Counted from the stretch's first letter, positions 31,231-41,120 are shown. The stretch is 64,000 bases of DNA from Parcubacteria group bacterium Licking1014_17 (GCA_007376485.1 VMGJ01000001.1:41788-105787), one strand, 5' to 3'. Numbers and translations: made by a program. The notes: generated from the letters alone by a model not told the origin.

Positions 31231-33588
31231 ATGTTTATCAGGGATGATTTTATAAATAGTTTTGATTATATTCTCTACAGGATAATCAGGTTCGGCATTC
31301 TGTTCGTGCCGTTTATTTCTCTGGTTGTAATTAGGAATATTTATTCGCCGTTTGAATTCAGTAAAGGGATTGTTTTCCGGGTAATCACCGAAATAATTTT
31401 TTTCATTTATGTTTATCTGGCGTTTAAATATCCGAATCTCCGCCCGTCTTTTTTTAAAAAAAGGCCGGATAAATATGTGCTGGCCGGTTTGGTCGCCTTA
31501 GTGGTTCTCGTAGTATGGCATTTTATTTCCGGATTATTCAGTTCAAGCTGGACTCTTAGTTTTTGGGGCTATATAGAGAGGATGGGCGGCATTTTCGCGT
31601 TGCTTCACTATATCGCTTTTTTTGGAGTTGCCGCTTCAATACTGCGCACGAGGAAAGAGTGGGAAAATCTTATCTGGGCTTCGGTGGCGGCGGCGCTGAT
31701 TTCATCAGTTTACGGCATTCTGCAAAAATATTCCGTAAGCGCGGTTGTCGGCGCGGACCAGAGGTTCAGAATTTTCGGGACCGTCGGCAACCCGGCTATA
31801 TTCGCCGGCTATCTGCTTTTTAATTTCTATTTTGTTTTATACCTGTCTTCGCGTCAGGAATCGAAAATACGCAGATTCCTTCTGTATTTCGCCGCATTCA
31901 TATTCGCATCCGCGATAATTTTGTCAGCCTCCCGGGGAGCGGCGGCGGCTCTAATTGTAAGTTTTGTTTTTTTGATTTTTTATATTCTGTATAAAAAAAG
32001 CGCCAGTCCATACGGAAAAAAGAAGAGCTTGATTATCGCGGCGCTCGCGGTAGTCATTATTGCCACAATTTTTTCCGGGATTGTATTAACTCGTTCCGGG
32101 TCCGGGCTCGGATATTTTTCCAGACTGACCGATTTCAGTGTGAAGAGCGGCTCCATAAATTCGCGGTTGCTTGTCTGGGGCATGGCGCTAAAAGGGATAG
32201 CCGAAAAACCGGTTTTGGGCTGGGGTCCCGAAAATTTTATAGCCGTTTATTACAAGAAATACGACCCTAAAATGTATGAGTCGCCGGCTCAAGATTATTC
32301 TTCTGACAGGGCTCATAATATTATTTTGGATTGGCTGGCTGCCGTCGGTGTTGTGGGCTTGCTGTCTTATCTGCTGATTTGGTACTGCGCGATAAGGAAA
32401 ATTGGCGCCCGGGATTACAATGATATGCCGTATTTTTCTCGAGGAGCGCTTTATGCCGCCGCCGTCGCGTATTTTGTTTTTAATTGCACTTTTTTTGACA
32501 CGACTAACACTTATCTGATGGTTATTTTTTTTATGGGCTTGGCTTTTCTTTGGGACGATTATGTGGCAGACGGAGTGGCGACAAAAGTGCCGGAAGGTAA
32601 TACCCCGGTCAACACCGTAGTCGGCGTATTGGCTCTGGTTTCCTGTTCTATTTTAATTATCTGGGCGAATATCCTGCCGTTTCTGTCAAACTATTATACA
32701 AATATGAATAAGAGGGCAAACAGCAGGGGGGATTTCGGGGAAGCGTTTAAGTATCTTGAACTCGCGAGAAACACCGCCACATGGACGGAAACCGACGCCG
32801 TGAGGAATTTAACTTCAGAACTGATAACCGCCCTGAACACGCAAGCGGATTATTTTAAAAACGAAGATAACAGAAAATCTTTCGGGGTTATCGCGCAGGA
32901 TCTTCGCGACGAGATGGAAAAACGTCCGGAGGACGCCGCTTCGTACACTTTTTTATTTAAAATGGAACAAATACTCGCGGCAAATTTTGGAAAGCAGATT
33001 AAACCCGTTGAAGATACCATCTGGACAGCAACCGCCATATTTCCCAAATTGATTCCGCTTTATTATGAACTTTATTACAGCGCCTTGATACGAAATGATT
33101 TTGAAGGAGCCACGAATGTAGCGAACAAAATATTGGAAATCAGACAGGACTTGCCCTTTGGAAAGTTTTGGCTCGCGTATGTCATAACTCGGAAGGATTT
33201 AAACGATAAAAATAGGACAAAACTGCGGAGTTCTTTAAATACCTTGGGCGACAGCTTTGACAGTTCGTTGTTTAACGCAGGCGATAATTACGGCAGTATA
33301 AAACCGTTGCTTGACGAGTTGAGTTATAAATTAAGGAAGACGGGTTATTATCTGGAGATGAGAGATTTGCATTTAATGATAGCAAAATATAAGCCTTCAA
33401 GTTATGTTTATGCGAGCTACGCGAGTTATATGATGCGTGACTTAAAATCAGCCATGAAATACGCCGACGAAGCGCTCGCTCTTGACAATAGCCTAATGAG
33501 CAGTAAGGACTATGAAACATTAGCCGACATTTATGGGGCATTGGGTGATAGAAAAAAACAAGGAGAAGCATACATAAAGATTCAATAA
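31231..33588 (+). CDS. O-antigen ligase/Wzy_C family membrane protein with C-terminal helical (TPR-like) region
   Basis: RIFGTVGNP, SASRGA, SRLLVW..KPVLGWGPENF and DRAHN motifs. Confidence 0.88.
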   Translation: MFIRDDFINSFDYILYRIIRFGILFVPFISLVVIRNIYSPFEFSKGIVFRVITEIIFFIYVYLAFKYPNLRPSFFKKRPDKYVLAGLVALVVLVVWHFISGLFSSSWTLSFWGYIERMGGIFALLHYIAFFGVAASILRTRKEWENLIWASVAAALISSVYGILQKYSVSAVVGADQRFRIFGTVGNPAIFAGYLLFNFYFVLYLSSRQESKIRRFLLYFAAFIFASAIILSASRGAAAALIVSFVFLIFYILYKKSASPYGKKKSLIIAALAVVIIATIFSGIVLTRSGSGLGYFSRLTDFSVKSGSINSRLLVWGMALKGIAEKPVLGWGPENFIAVYYKKYDPKMYESPAQDYSSDRAHNIILDWLAAVGVVGLLSYLLIWYCAIRKIGARDYNDMPYFSRGALYAAAVAYFVFNCTFFDTTNTYLMVIFFMGLAFLWDDYVADGVATKVPEGNTPVNTVVGVLALVSCSILIIWANILPFLSNYYTNMNKRANSRGDFGEAFKYLELARNTATWTETDAVRNLTSELITALNTQADYFKNEDNRKSFGVIAQDLRDEMEKRPEDAASYTFLFKMEQILAANFGKQIKPVEDTIWTATAIFPKLIPLYYELYYSALIRNDFEGATNVANKILEIRQDLPFGKFWLAYVITRKDLNDKNRTKLRSSLNTLGDSFDSSLFNAGDNYGSIKPLLDELSYKLRKTGYYLEMRDLHLMIAKYKPSSYVYASYASYMMRDLKSAMKYADEALALDNSLMSSKDYETLADIYGALGDRKKQGEAYIKIQ

Positions 33589-33668
33589 TCTACCTGTGGA
33601 TAATGCTATTTGCGCTTGTTTGCAGGGGGTTTATAATTAAATGAGTTTATTAATTACCTACACATACC

Positions 33669-34433
33669 ATGAGTAAAAAGCCGTCGTTTTTCTCGGCGAG
33701 TGCCGAATTGAAGGTTGTGGTATTCGTTGCCGTGTTTGTCTTCTTTTCTTGGATTTTTATTGATAACAGAATCTATTTTAATTTTTTTAAATCGTTGGAC
33801 GCCAACGCGGCCACAAGCGGAACGGCCAGCCAAAATATGAGTATTGATGTGGGTGTGGGGCTTACTTTCGTGAAATACAGCAGTGTTGCATGGCGCAATG
33901 ATTCGGAGACTCCCACGAGTACTATAACTTCCGGCACTCCTCTGCATTCTACGCAAGCCTTGCAGGTTACGACTAACGACAATTACACAATATCGGTCGG
34001 TCGAAAAAGGCAAAGCCCCAATACGACACTCGCTTCGGCCAGCGATGTGACTATTCATATAGAAGATGCGAGTACAGGTATTGATGTTTTTAACGGGCTG
34101 GCAAATTGCACTACTGCTACAAGCACGACAGCCTACTGGCCTGTCACGGGAGCTGTATCAGTCGGTATTGGCTTCAGCAACTGGAAAACCCAGATTGCCG
34201 GCGATAAAAGCTCTTGCTGGGGAACGGGGACTGTAGATAATGAATCTACCCCCTCCACAAATAGATATGCCGCGCTTCAAGCGTCAGCCAGCGCCAGTAC
34301 GTTTTTGTCAACTACTAATCATCCCTTGGGGGTTTCGTATTTTTCCGTCGTGTACCGACTAGACGTAACGGCTAGCCAAAGAGCCACCAACTATTCAGGC
34401 ACGGTTAATTATACGGCGACTACCCAACCCTGA
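33669..34433 (+). CDS. Exported WxL/pilin-like subunit
   Basis: Signal/TM, beta-rich body, C-terminal YSGTVNYTATTQP. Confidence 0.7.
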   Translation: MSKKPSFFSASAELKVVVFVAVFVFFSWIFIDNRIYFNFFKSLDANAATSGTASQNMSIDVGVGLTFVKYSSVAWRNDSETPTSTITSGTPLHSTQALQVTTNDNYTISVGRKRQSPNTTLASASDVTIHIEDASTGIDVFNGLANCTTATSTTAYWPVTGAVSVGIGFSNWKTQIAGDKSSCWGTGTVDNESTPSTNRYAALQASASASTFLSTTNHPLGVSYFSVVYRLDVTASQRATNYSGTVNYTATTQP

Positions 34434-34475
34434 TCGATTTTGCGCCGCAACGGCAACTAATTTAAATGATTAATT

Positions 34476-35405
34476 ATGATGAAAAGATTTAACAAGAAAA
34501 TAATAATAACACTGGTGATTATTTTGGGTGTTTTTATGTTATCTCTTGGTTTTGTTTGGGCGATAGGCGTGGGGATATCCATTTCTCCATTGAAATATAA
34601 ATATAGTGTCGACCCAGGCACGGTTATAGATGATGTGATTAATGTCGGCAATCCGAATGCAGGTGATCTTAGAGTGAAGGTTGAGTTTCAGGATTTTATG
34701 GTTACCGAGGGTAATAATATCAAATGGATTCCAAACGACATCGAGAACCCCCATAAAATGGTTGACTGGATTGATATTGATACGGAGCCGTTTACGGTGG
34801 CCCCGGGGAAACAGGTAGCCGTGCCCTTTAAAATAAATGTCCCGAAAAACGCCACTCCGGGAGGAAAATACGCGGCAATATTTTTCAGCGAGGCGGATAA
34901 AGGTGGCGGAAATTTATTAGGCGCGATCGCACGTGTCGGGTCACTGATTATTATGAATGTTAATGGTGACGTCAAGCAAACCGGGCAGCTGGTTGATTTC
35001 ACCGGGCCCACCATAGCGTGGAGCGGACCGGTCAATTTTGTTCTTAGTATGATGAACGTGGGCACCACGCATTTTGAGGTAAAGCCGGTGGTCACGATAA
35101 ATAATTTTTTCTGGCAAAGCGCAAAGATATTGCCGGAGTCAAAATTTATTTATCCCAATGTCAAGAGAGATATTCCGATTAAATGGGAGAAAAGCAATCC
35201 GTTCGGATTGTACAGCGCCAAAGTTTCCGTAACCGATGGGGAGGGGACTGTTTTTGAGAAAACAAAATGGTTTGTCGCAATTCCGGCTACATATGCCATA
35301 ATAATACTGGCCGTTGTTTTGGTGTTATGGTTTGGAATCAGGTTCTTTAAGCATACGTTCAAAATTTCCAAGATTATTACCAGAAAAAGCAGATCGGCAG
35401 CCTGA
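34476..35405 (+). CDS. DUF916-like (WxL-interacting / chaperone-like) membrane-anchored protein
   Basis: ISPLKY..DPG..INVGNPN, VPKNATPGGKYAAIFF, NVGTTH; C-terminal TM with basic tail. Confidence 0.75.
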   Translation: MMKRFNKKIIITLVIILGVFMLSLGFVWAIGVGISISPLKYKYSVDPGTVIDDVINVGNPNAGDLRVKVEFQDFMVTEGNNIKWIPNDIENPHKMVDWIDIDTEPFTVAPGKQVAVPFKINVPKNATPGGKYAAIFFSEADKGGGNLLGAIARVGSLIIMNVNGDVKQTGQLVDFTGPTIAWSGPVNFVLSMMNVGTTHFEVKPVVTINNFFWQSAKILPESKFIYPNVKRDIPIKWEKSNPFGLYSAKVSVTDGEGTVFEKTKWFVAIPATYAIIILAVVLVLWFGIRFFKHTFKISKIITRKSRSAA

Positions 35406-35424
35406 TATTAATTATTATTTAATA

Positions 35425-36303
35425 ATGCTTAGAAACTTTCTAGTTATTGTTGGCGTAGCTTTGGTTACGTTGTTTTTTCCCTTTTTTGTCCATGCTTACC
35501 AGGGAGGAATTCTTTTGGATCCCGTAAAAATCGAACTTGACGTTTTTGCGGGACAGGCGGCATCTAGAGAGATAACAATTACGAATCAAAATCCGTTTGC
35601 GGTGACGATCAGTCCGGAAGTGATGAATTTTAAAGTTAGTGAGAACAGCGAAATTCACTGGTATATCGGCGCGATTTCAGACCCATTGCGGAGTTCGGCC
35701 TGGCTGGAGGTAGACGAAAAATCCTTTGTCCTTAAATCCGGCGAAGCAAAAAGAGTCGGAGTCAGCGTGGCAATACCCGCCGATACCCAACCGGGCGGTA
35801 GATATGCGACCGTTTTTTTCAACAGCAAGCCCGTTGATGCTCAAAATAAAAACGCGGACGTAAGAGCCGGCACTATGGTTATCATCAATGTACCCGGCGC
35901 CATCAGTAAAGCCGGGAATATTGTCGGTTTTAATTCGCCTTTATTCGTCATCGGCGGGCCGCTTGATTTCATCGTAAAATTCGCGAACACCGGCAAGACG
36001 CATTACAACACCAAAGCGACCCTGAAAATATCCAATTTATTCTGGAATGTCGCCAATATTTCAAGCGACCAAAAATTTTTATATCCGGACGTCATACGCG
36101 AGATTCCGATCAAATGGAACACGGCTTCCCTTTTTGGCATCTACACCGCGCAGCTGTCCGTTACCGACGGCCAGGGCGTCGTACATACGGCAGAGAAACA
36201 TTTTGTAGGCGTTTCCATCAAATATTTGGCGCTGCTCATTGCCTTAGGATTTATTGCCTGGTTTGGGAGAAAAAAACTTCTGGCCAGAAAAAGTAGCGCG
36301 TAA
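35425..36303 (+). CDS. Second DUF916-like membrane-anchored protein
   Basis: Paralogue of the upstream gene (IPADTQPGGRYATVFF, NTGKTH, KFLYPDVIREIPIKW). Start moved to ATG 35425. Confidence 0.75.
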   Translation: MLRNFLVIVGVALVTLFFPFFVHAYQGGILLDPVKIELDVFAGQAASREITITNQNPFAVTISPEVMNFKVSENSEIHWYIGAISDPLRSSAWLEVDEKSFVLKSGEAKRVGVSVAIPADTQPGGRYATVFFNSKPVDAQNKNADVRAGTMVIINVPGAISKAGNIVGFNSPLFVIGGPLDFIVKFANTGKTHYNTKATLKISNLFWNVANISSDQKFLYPDVIREIPIKWNTASLFGIYTAQLSVTDGQGVVHTAEKHFVGVSIKYLALLIALGFIAWFGRKKLLARKSSA

Positions 36304-36319
36304 TTTATTTCTCTAACTA

Positions 36320-36964
36320 ATGGTTGATAAGTTTTCACACAAGATATTTTTTGTGTTCCTGTTTGCAGCCCTGGTTTTTATTTGTATAACAAAAGTATAC
36401 GCGGCAGATCCAGTAGACCAAAACGTTACTATAACCGTAGGGCAAACCGGTATTGTATATTTGAATTTTACTTTTAGCCCCCAAGGCAGATGGACCGGCG
36501 GAGGAAATAATGACGCGTCAAATGTTGTCGTTGAGGTAAGACCCGTAGACGGCAATAAGGACAGTATAATTTTTAGCGAGGAAGTGACTACCGACAACAG
36601 CGGCCAATATTCATCCTTGCTTCTGGATAATGTAAGTCCGGGAACATATGACGTGAGCGCCAAGGGTTGGGCAACTCTAAGAAAAAAGGAGGTAACCGTA
36701 ATATTGGCGGAGGGCAATAACACCATTGATTTTACCGACACGGGCGCCGATAAAGCCCTCTCCGGAGATTTGGATTCAACGACCCGGGTCGGAAGCGCCG
36801 AAAGCGGTGATAACGAAATCAGCGCCGCCGATTATTCAACTTTGATCGGAAATTACAATACGGTGCAGGACAGGTATGATTTGGATAAATATACGGACCA
36901 GTTAATCGCCGGCCCGGATTATTCAATTCTTGTATCGAATTATAGCCAAGAAGGCGACCAGTGA
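36320..36964 (+). CDS. Exported protein with C-terminal dockerin-like domain
   Basis: Signal peptide; duplicated GDLD..NEISAADYSTLIGNY / DLDK..IAGPDYSILVSNY Ca-loop-helix motif. Confidence 0.72.
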   Translation: MVDKFSHKIFFVFLFAALVFICITKVYAADPVDQNVTITVGQTGIVYLNFTFSPQGRWTGGGNNDASNVVVEVRPVDGNKDSIIFSEEVTTDNSGQYSSLLLDNVSPGTYDVSAKGWATLRKKEVTVILAEGNNTIDFTDTGADKALSGDLDSTTRVGSAESGDNEISAADYSTLIGNYNTVQDRYDLDKYTDQLIAGPDYSILVSNYSQEGDQ

Positions 36965-36977
36965 TGTTTTATAAAAA

Positions 36978-37658
36978 ATGAATACGCGCTTTTCAGTCAA
37001 AATTATTTTTTTTACCGCCGTTCTGGCATTAGTTATTATTTTATTGGCATTCAACAACAAGGAGAGCCGAAATAACGGTAATAATTTGATAACCGTCTAT
37101 GGAAATGTGTTAAATGCCCGGGATAATCTTCCCCTTGGCAGTGTTACTGTCCAATCGGGCGAGTCCAGAAGCGTAACTGATTATCAGGGCAAATTTGTCT
37201 TACTGAATGTCCCCCGAGACGGTGAAATAAGGATTGAAAGCGGAAACTTATATGAAGAAGTTATTATTCCTATTAATGGGCGATCGAACATTACCGTTTA
37301 TCTGGATGGAGATTTGCTTGGAATTTTTCGGGATATTGAGCGATATGAAAACAACAGGCAATATTCAAAAATCTATGACCTATTTACGCCTGATTTAAAA
37401 AAACATTACACGCTGGATGCTTACTTGAAAAAAAAGAATAGCTGGCGCGATAACATTACGGAGGGAAAAAATTATGACGGGTTCAAAATGGAATTTCTGC
37501 GCCATACCGTCAAAGGCGGCAATTCTTCATCTATTATAACGGTTACTACTAAATATTCCTGGCTTAAGGGCGAGGAAACTAAATATATTCACGCAATTGA
37601 TGTAAAATTAATATGGGACGGCAACATCTGGGAGTTGGGCAATGATTTGATCTGGTAA
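36978..37658 (+). CDS. Membrane-anchored protein with carboxypeptidase-regulatory-like domain and NTF2-like C-terminus
   Basis: TVYGNVLNA..PLGSVTV..TDYQGKFVL; YSKIYDLF..LIWDGNIWEL. Confidence 0.65.
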   Translation: MNTRFSVKIIFFTAVLALVIILLAFNNKESRNNGNNLITVYGNVLNARDNLPLGSVTVQSGESRSVTDYQGKFVLLNVPRDGEIRIESGNLYEEVIIPINGRSNITVYLDGDLLGIFRDIERYENNRQYSKIYDLFTPDLKKHYTLDAYLKKKNSWRDNITEGKNYDGFKMEFLRHTVKGGNSSSIITVTTKYSWLKGEETKYIHAIDVKLIWDGNIWELGNDLIW

Positions 37659-39815
37659 ATGAATTTTAAAGGCAAAAATATTTTTTACTACGCAAGCCGG
37701 TTGTTTTTCGGGTTCTTTGCGCTCGCCGGCATTTTTTATTTTTTATCGTGTGATGCCAGGGCGGCTGTCACAATGGACATGACCGCCTCCGCCGGCGTCA
37801 AATATGTCGGTACCACGTTTAATGTCAGTGTGAGGGTAAAGTTGGATAGTCAGAATATTGATACCGTTTCGTTGAGAAATCTGAACTTTGACCACGATAT
37901 TTTGGAAATAACCGGAACGTCCATCCAGAGCTTGTTTTCATCCCAAGCAACATTAAGAAATGTTACCGACAACACCGCGGGGACAAAAAGGCTCGATATC
38001 GGCAAATTGCCGCTAACCGATGATTACACCAATTCATCGGCAGCTACATTTGCAATTTTAACCTTTAAGGTGAAGAACGTTGGTACCGGAACGACAACCT
38101 TAACAATAGATTATGACGGTAGCCCGGGAAAATCCGGAGTTTTTTTGGCAGGAACAAATTATTTGGCGTCGGTGCTGCCGCTTGATGTTTCGCTTGGTTT
38201 GGACGACACGGGACCGGCTTTCAGCAATTGTACGCCCGTGGCTAACGTCGTGAACCAGCAGGTTACCGCCAACATAGTTTGCGACGTAACCGACACGGAG
38301 ACTGGAGTTTATCTGGGAGGTACGACTCTGACTGTCAACGGCATCACTTATTCCAATAGCGGAGCTAACCAGTACACAAGCGCCGAGATTGCCAACGGTT
38401 ACCAGTTGACCGTGAATCCCGAAGATAATCTGCCCTACAACACGTCCATAACGGTCAGCGGATCCGCGCAGGATAGCGCCTATGATGACGGTCCGGTACT
38501 GGCGCGAAATACCGGCACACTGGCGGAATACGCGTTTACCACCGAGGATGACGATGACGCGCCGACTATTTATAATAAAAGCCCCGACTCCGGCGCCACA
38601 AGTATTTCAGTGTCAACTAATGTCAGTTTTGGCATAAAAGACATTGCTGTTCCGGGAGACTATAATGGTCTTGGCGTTGATATTGATAGTATTCAAGTGA
38701 TTATATCCGCCGATAACTGGGGAACTGTAACCTACACTCACGGCGGCGAAAAACAATTCAGCCATTCCGGCAATCAATACGATTATACCATCACGATCAA
38801 CCCTTCGCCGGATTTTCCCCAAAATACCACCGTTACCGTAAGTATTGCCGCTGACGACCTGCACAGTTCACCTAATTCAGTATCCACCTCTTATTCGTTT
38901 ACCACGGCGGATACCTCTCTGCCGACATGTTCCAATTTTATACCGGCGGAGAATAAAGCGGATATCGAGCCAACCGACACTATCTCTTTTGATTGTTCCG
39001 ATTCCGGGGCAGGAATTAATATAGATACCATAAGCGTGATCGTTAATAAATCCACCTATACAAAATCAAAGAGCGGTTTTTCGTATACTGGCGACTCATC
39101 AAAATACAATATAGTCATAACTCCGCCGGGCGGATTTGCTTATGATTACGCTTTTGAGGTGATAATCAACGGCAGAGATATGAAAAGCAACTCAATAACG
39201 GAGACTAGCTACGGGTTGGCTACAAGAATACAAGGGGGAGGCGGCGGAGGCGGCGGAGGAGGAGGGGGAGGGGGAGGAGGAAATCAATGCCCGACCTGCC
39301 AAGTATGCCCGGCGCAACCATCGCCGGAATTTTCCAATGGGCCTTTGCCGACAGAAAATCCTTACTCAACTCCAAAACCCGGGAAAACACCCAATCCGGC
39401 CATTTGTCCTTCAATAGCACCCGAAGTTCCTTATCAAATACCGTTTGCCCCGACAATTGAAGATATGCAATCTGTCGCGTTGCAAAAAGTCAACGGGACC
39501 GATGTTCAAGGCATCACCATTTATCAAATATCCGGACCGATGATTACATTGGAAGGAACCGCGAAACCGCAGGGTTTGGTTGGCCTCCAAATGGAACCGG
39601 GACCGATTGTGGTCCAAACAATCGCCGACAACAAAGGTGAATGGAAAGTAACCATATCCAATGTTCTGGGTCCCGCCGAAAATCTGCTATACGCGATCTC
39701 CCGCAACCCAATTAACGGCGCCACGGAAAAAAAATTCCTGATTATCCTTCATAACACCTATAAAGGCATAGATGCTTATCTCCGGGCGCAAAAGATGAGA
39801 ACGCAACTTTGGTAG
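37659..39815 (+). CDS. Cohesin-like plus Ig-like repeat surface protein; TM anchor encoded just beyond the TAG
   Basis: TFNVSVRV..LNFDHDILEI..FAILTFKVKNVGTG (cohesin-like), three Ig-like repeats, poly-Gly/Pro linker. Confidence 0.75.
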   Translation: MNFKGKNIFYYASRLFFGFFALAGIFYFLSCDARAAVTMDMTASAGVKYVGTTFNVSVRVKLDSQNIDTVSLRNLNFDHDILEITGTSIQSLFSSQATLRNVTDNTAGTKRLDIGKLPLTDDYTNSSAATFAILTFKVKNVGTGTTTLTIDYDGSPGKSGVFLAGTNYLASVLPLDVSLGLDDTGPAFSNCTPVANVVNQQVTANIVCDVTDTETGVYLGGTTLTVNGITYSNSGANQYTSAEIANGYQLTVNPEDNLPYNTSITVSGSAQDSAYDDGPVLARNTGTLAEYAFTTEDDDDAPTIYNKSPDSGATSISVSTNVSFGIKDIAVPGDYNGLGVDIDSIQVIISADNWGTVTYTHGGEKQFSHSGNQYDYTITINPSPDFPQNTTVTVSIAADDLHSSPNSVSTSYSFTTADTSLPTCSNFIPAENKADIEPTDTISFDCSDSGAGINIDTISVIVNKSTYTKSKSGFSYTGDSSKYNIVITPPGGFAYDYAFEVIINGRDMKSNSITETSYGLATRIQGGGGGGGGGGGGGGGGNQCPTCQVCPAQPSPEFSNGPLPTENPYSTPKPGKTPNPAICPSIAPEVPYQIPFAPTIEDMQSVALQKVNGTDVQGITIYQISGPMITLEGTAKPQGLVGLQMEPGPIVVQTIADNKGEWKVTISNVLGPAENLLYAISRNPINGATEKKFLIILHNTYKGIDAYLRAQKMRTQLW

Positions 39816-39956
39816 CTGTTGATTCTGGCGCTGTTGATTATTTTCATGCTTGTCCTTAGGGCGCTACACAAATCTCTTCATCCGGAAGAATACGATAAAA
39901 ACAAGAGGGAATTGAAATGATGTATTAATTTGATAGTTGATGTATGATAGGTTTCT

Positions 39957-41120
39957 ATGGTTTTTTCTATTCTGAAAAAAGATAAAAAAACGAAAGCCCG
40001 GCTGGGGATTTTGCGCACCGCCCACGGTAATATTATGACCCCGGCTTTTATACCGGTGGGAACGCGCGCAGCTGTGAGGTCGCTGGCTTCCGATGAAATA
40101 AAATCTTCCGGCGCGCAGGCGATTCTGGCTAATACCTACCACCTCTGGCTTCAGCCCGGTGATAATTTAATAAAAAAAGCCGGCGGTTTGCACAAATTTA
40201 TGGACTGGGATGGACCGATTTTTACCGACAGCGGGGGATTCCAGATATTTTCGCTCGGCGAGCGCAAATGGTCTGCGGCCCCCCACCAGCACGCAGGTGG
40301 GGGATTCTTGAAAAATAGCGGCAATAATTCGCCGTTCAACGTAAAAATAAGCGACGATGGGGTTTCATTTCAATCAGGAAAAGACGGAAGCGTCCACAAA
40401 CTCACACCCGAAAAATCCGTCCGGATTCAAGCCAATCTCGGGAGCGATATTTCACTGGTTCTGGATTATTTTTGCGGTTATCCGTTTAAGCGTGAATCAG
40501 CCGAGAAATCAGTTGAGCTGACGACTAAGTGGGCGGAAAGAGCCGGAAAAGAATTTTTAAGAATTAAAAAATCGGCGGTCAACAAGGGGCAGCTGCAGTT
40601 TGGGATTATTCAGGGAGCGGGTTATAAAAAATTGCGCGAAAAATCAGCCAAAGAAATTTCGGCCTTGGATTTTGACGGCTATGCCATCGGCGGGGTGGCA
40701 GTGGGCGAACCGGAGAAATATATGTATCAAGCCGTTGAATTTTCGGTGCCTTTTTTGGAAGAAAACAAACCCCGCCATCTTCTCGGCGTCGGCACGCCCG
40801 AAAATATCATTGAAGCCGTCAAACGCGGCTGTGACACTTTTGACTGTGTGATTCCCACCCGCGAAGCAAGGCACGGGAAGGCGTACATTTTTACCGGCGA
40901 AGGATTAAAATATAAAACCATGGACATCAAGAAAAAAATGTTTGCCGGTGATTTTAAATCTCTCGACCCGAACTGCGACTGTTTCGCCTGCGCCCGCCAC
41001 ACCCGCGCCTATATCCACCATTTGTATCAAATCAAAGAAATCCTCGGCTTGCGTTTAATGACAGAGCATAATTTGATGTTTTATAATCGGCTTATGGAAA
41101 AAATACGGGCATCCGTTTGA
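39957..41120 (+). CDS. tgt: tRNA-guanine transglycosylase
   Basis: ANTYHL, TDSGGFQ, DCVIPTR motifs and CDCFAC Zn site. Confidence 0.96.
   Translation: MVFSILKKDKKTKARLGILRTAHGNIMTPAFIPVGTRAAVRSLASDEIKSSGAQAILANTYHLWLQPGDNLIKKAGGLHKFMDWDGPIFTDSGGFQIFSLGERKWSAAPHQHAGGGFLKNSGNNSPFNVKISDDGVSFQSGKDGSVHKLTPEKSVRIQANLGSDISLVLDYFCGYPFKRESAEKSVELTTKWAERAGKEFLRIKKSAVNKGQLQFGIIQGAGYKKLREKSAKEISALDFDGYAIGGVAVGEPEKYMYQAVEFSVPFLEENKPRHLLGVGTPENIIEAVKRGCDTFDCVIPTREARHGKAYIFTGEGLKYKTMDIKKKMFAGDFKSLDPNCDCFACARHTRAYIHHLYQIKEILGLRLMTEHNLMFYNRLMEKIRASV

Noticed and set aside
33595-33603. DnaA box TGTGGATAA as a sign of oriC
   Set aside because: Single isolated boxes here and at 57483; no cluster and no dnaA nearby.
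39233-39281. G-rich tract as a phase-variation or G-quadruplex switch
   Set aside because: It is explained by a poly-Gly linker with mixed GGA/GGC/GGG codons; homopolymer runs are short.
39813-39815. Genome-wide stop-codon reassignment
   Set aside because: mreB, serS and groEL end at TAG, and tgt and others end at TGA at their expected C-termini.
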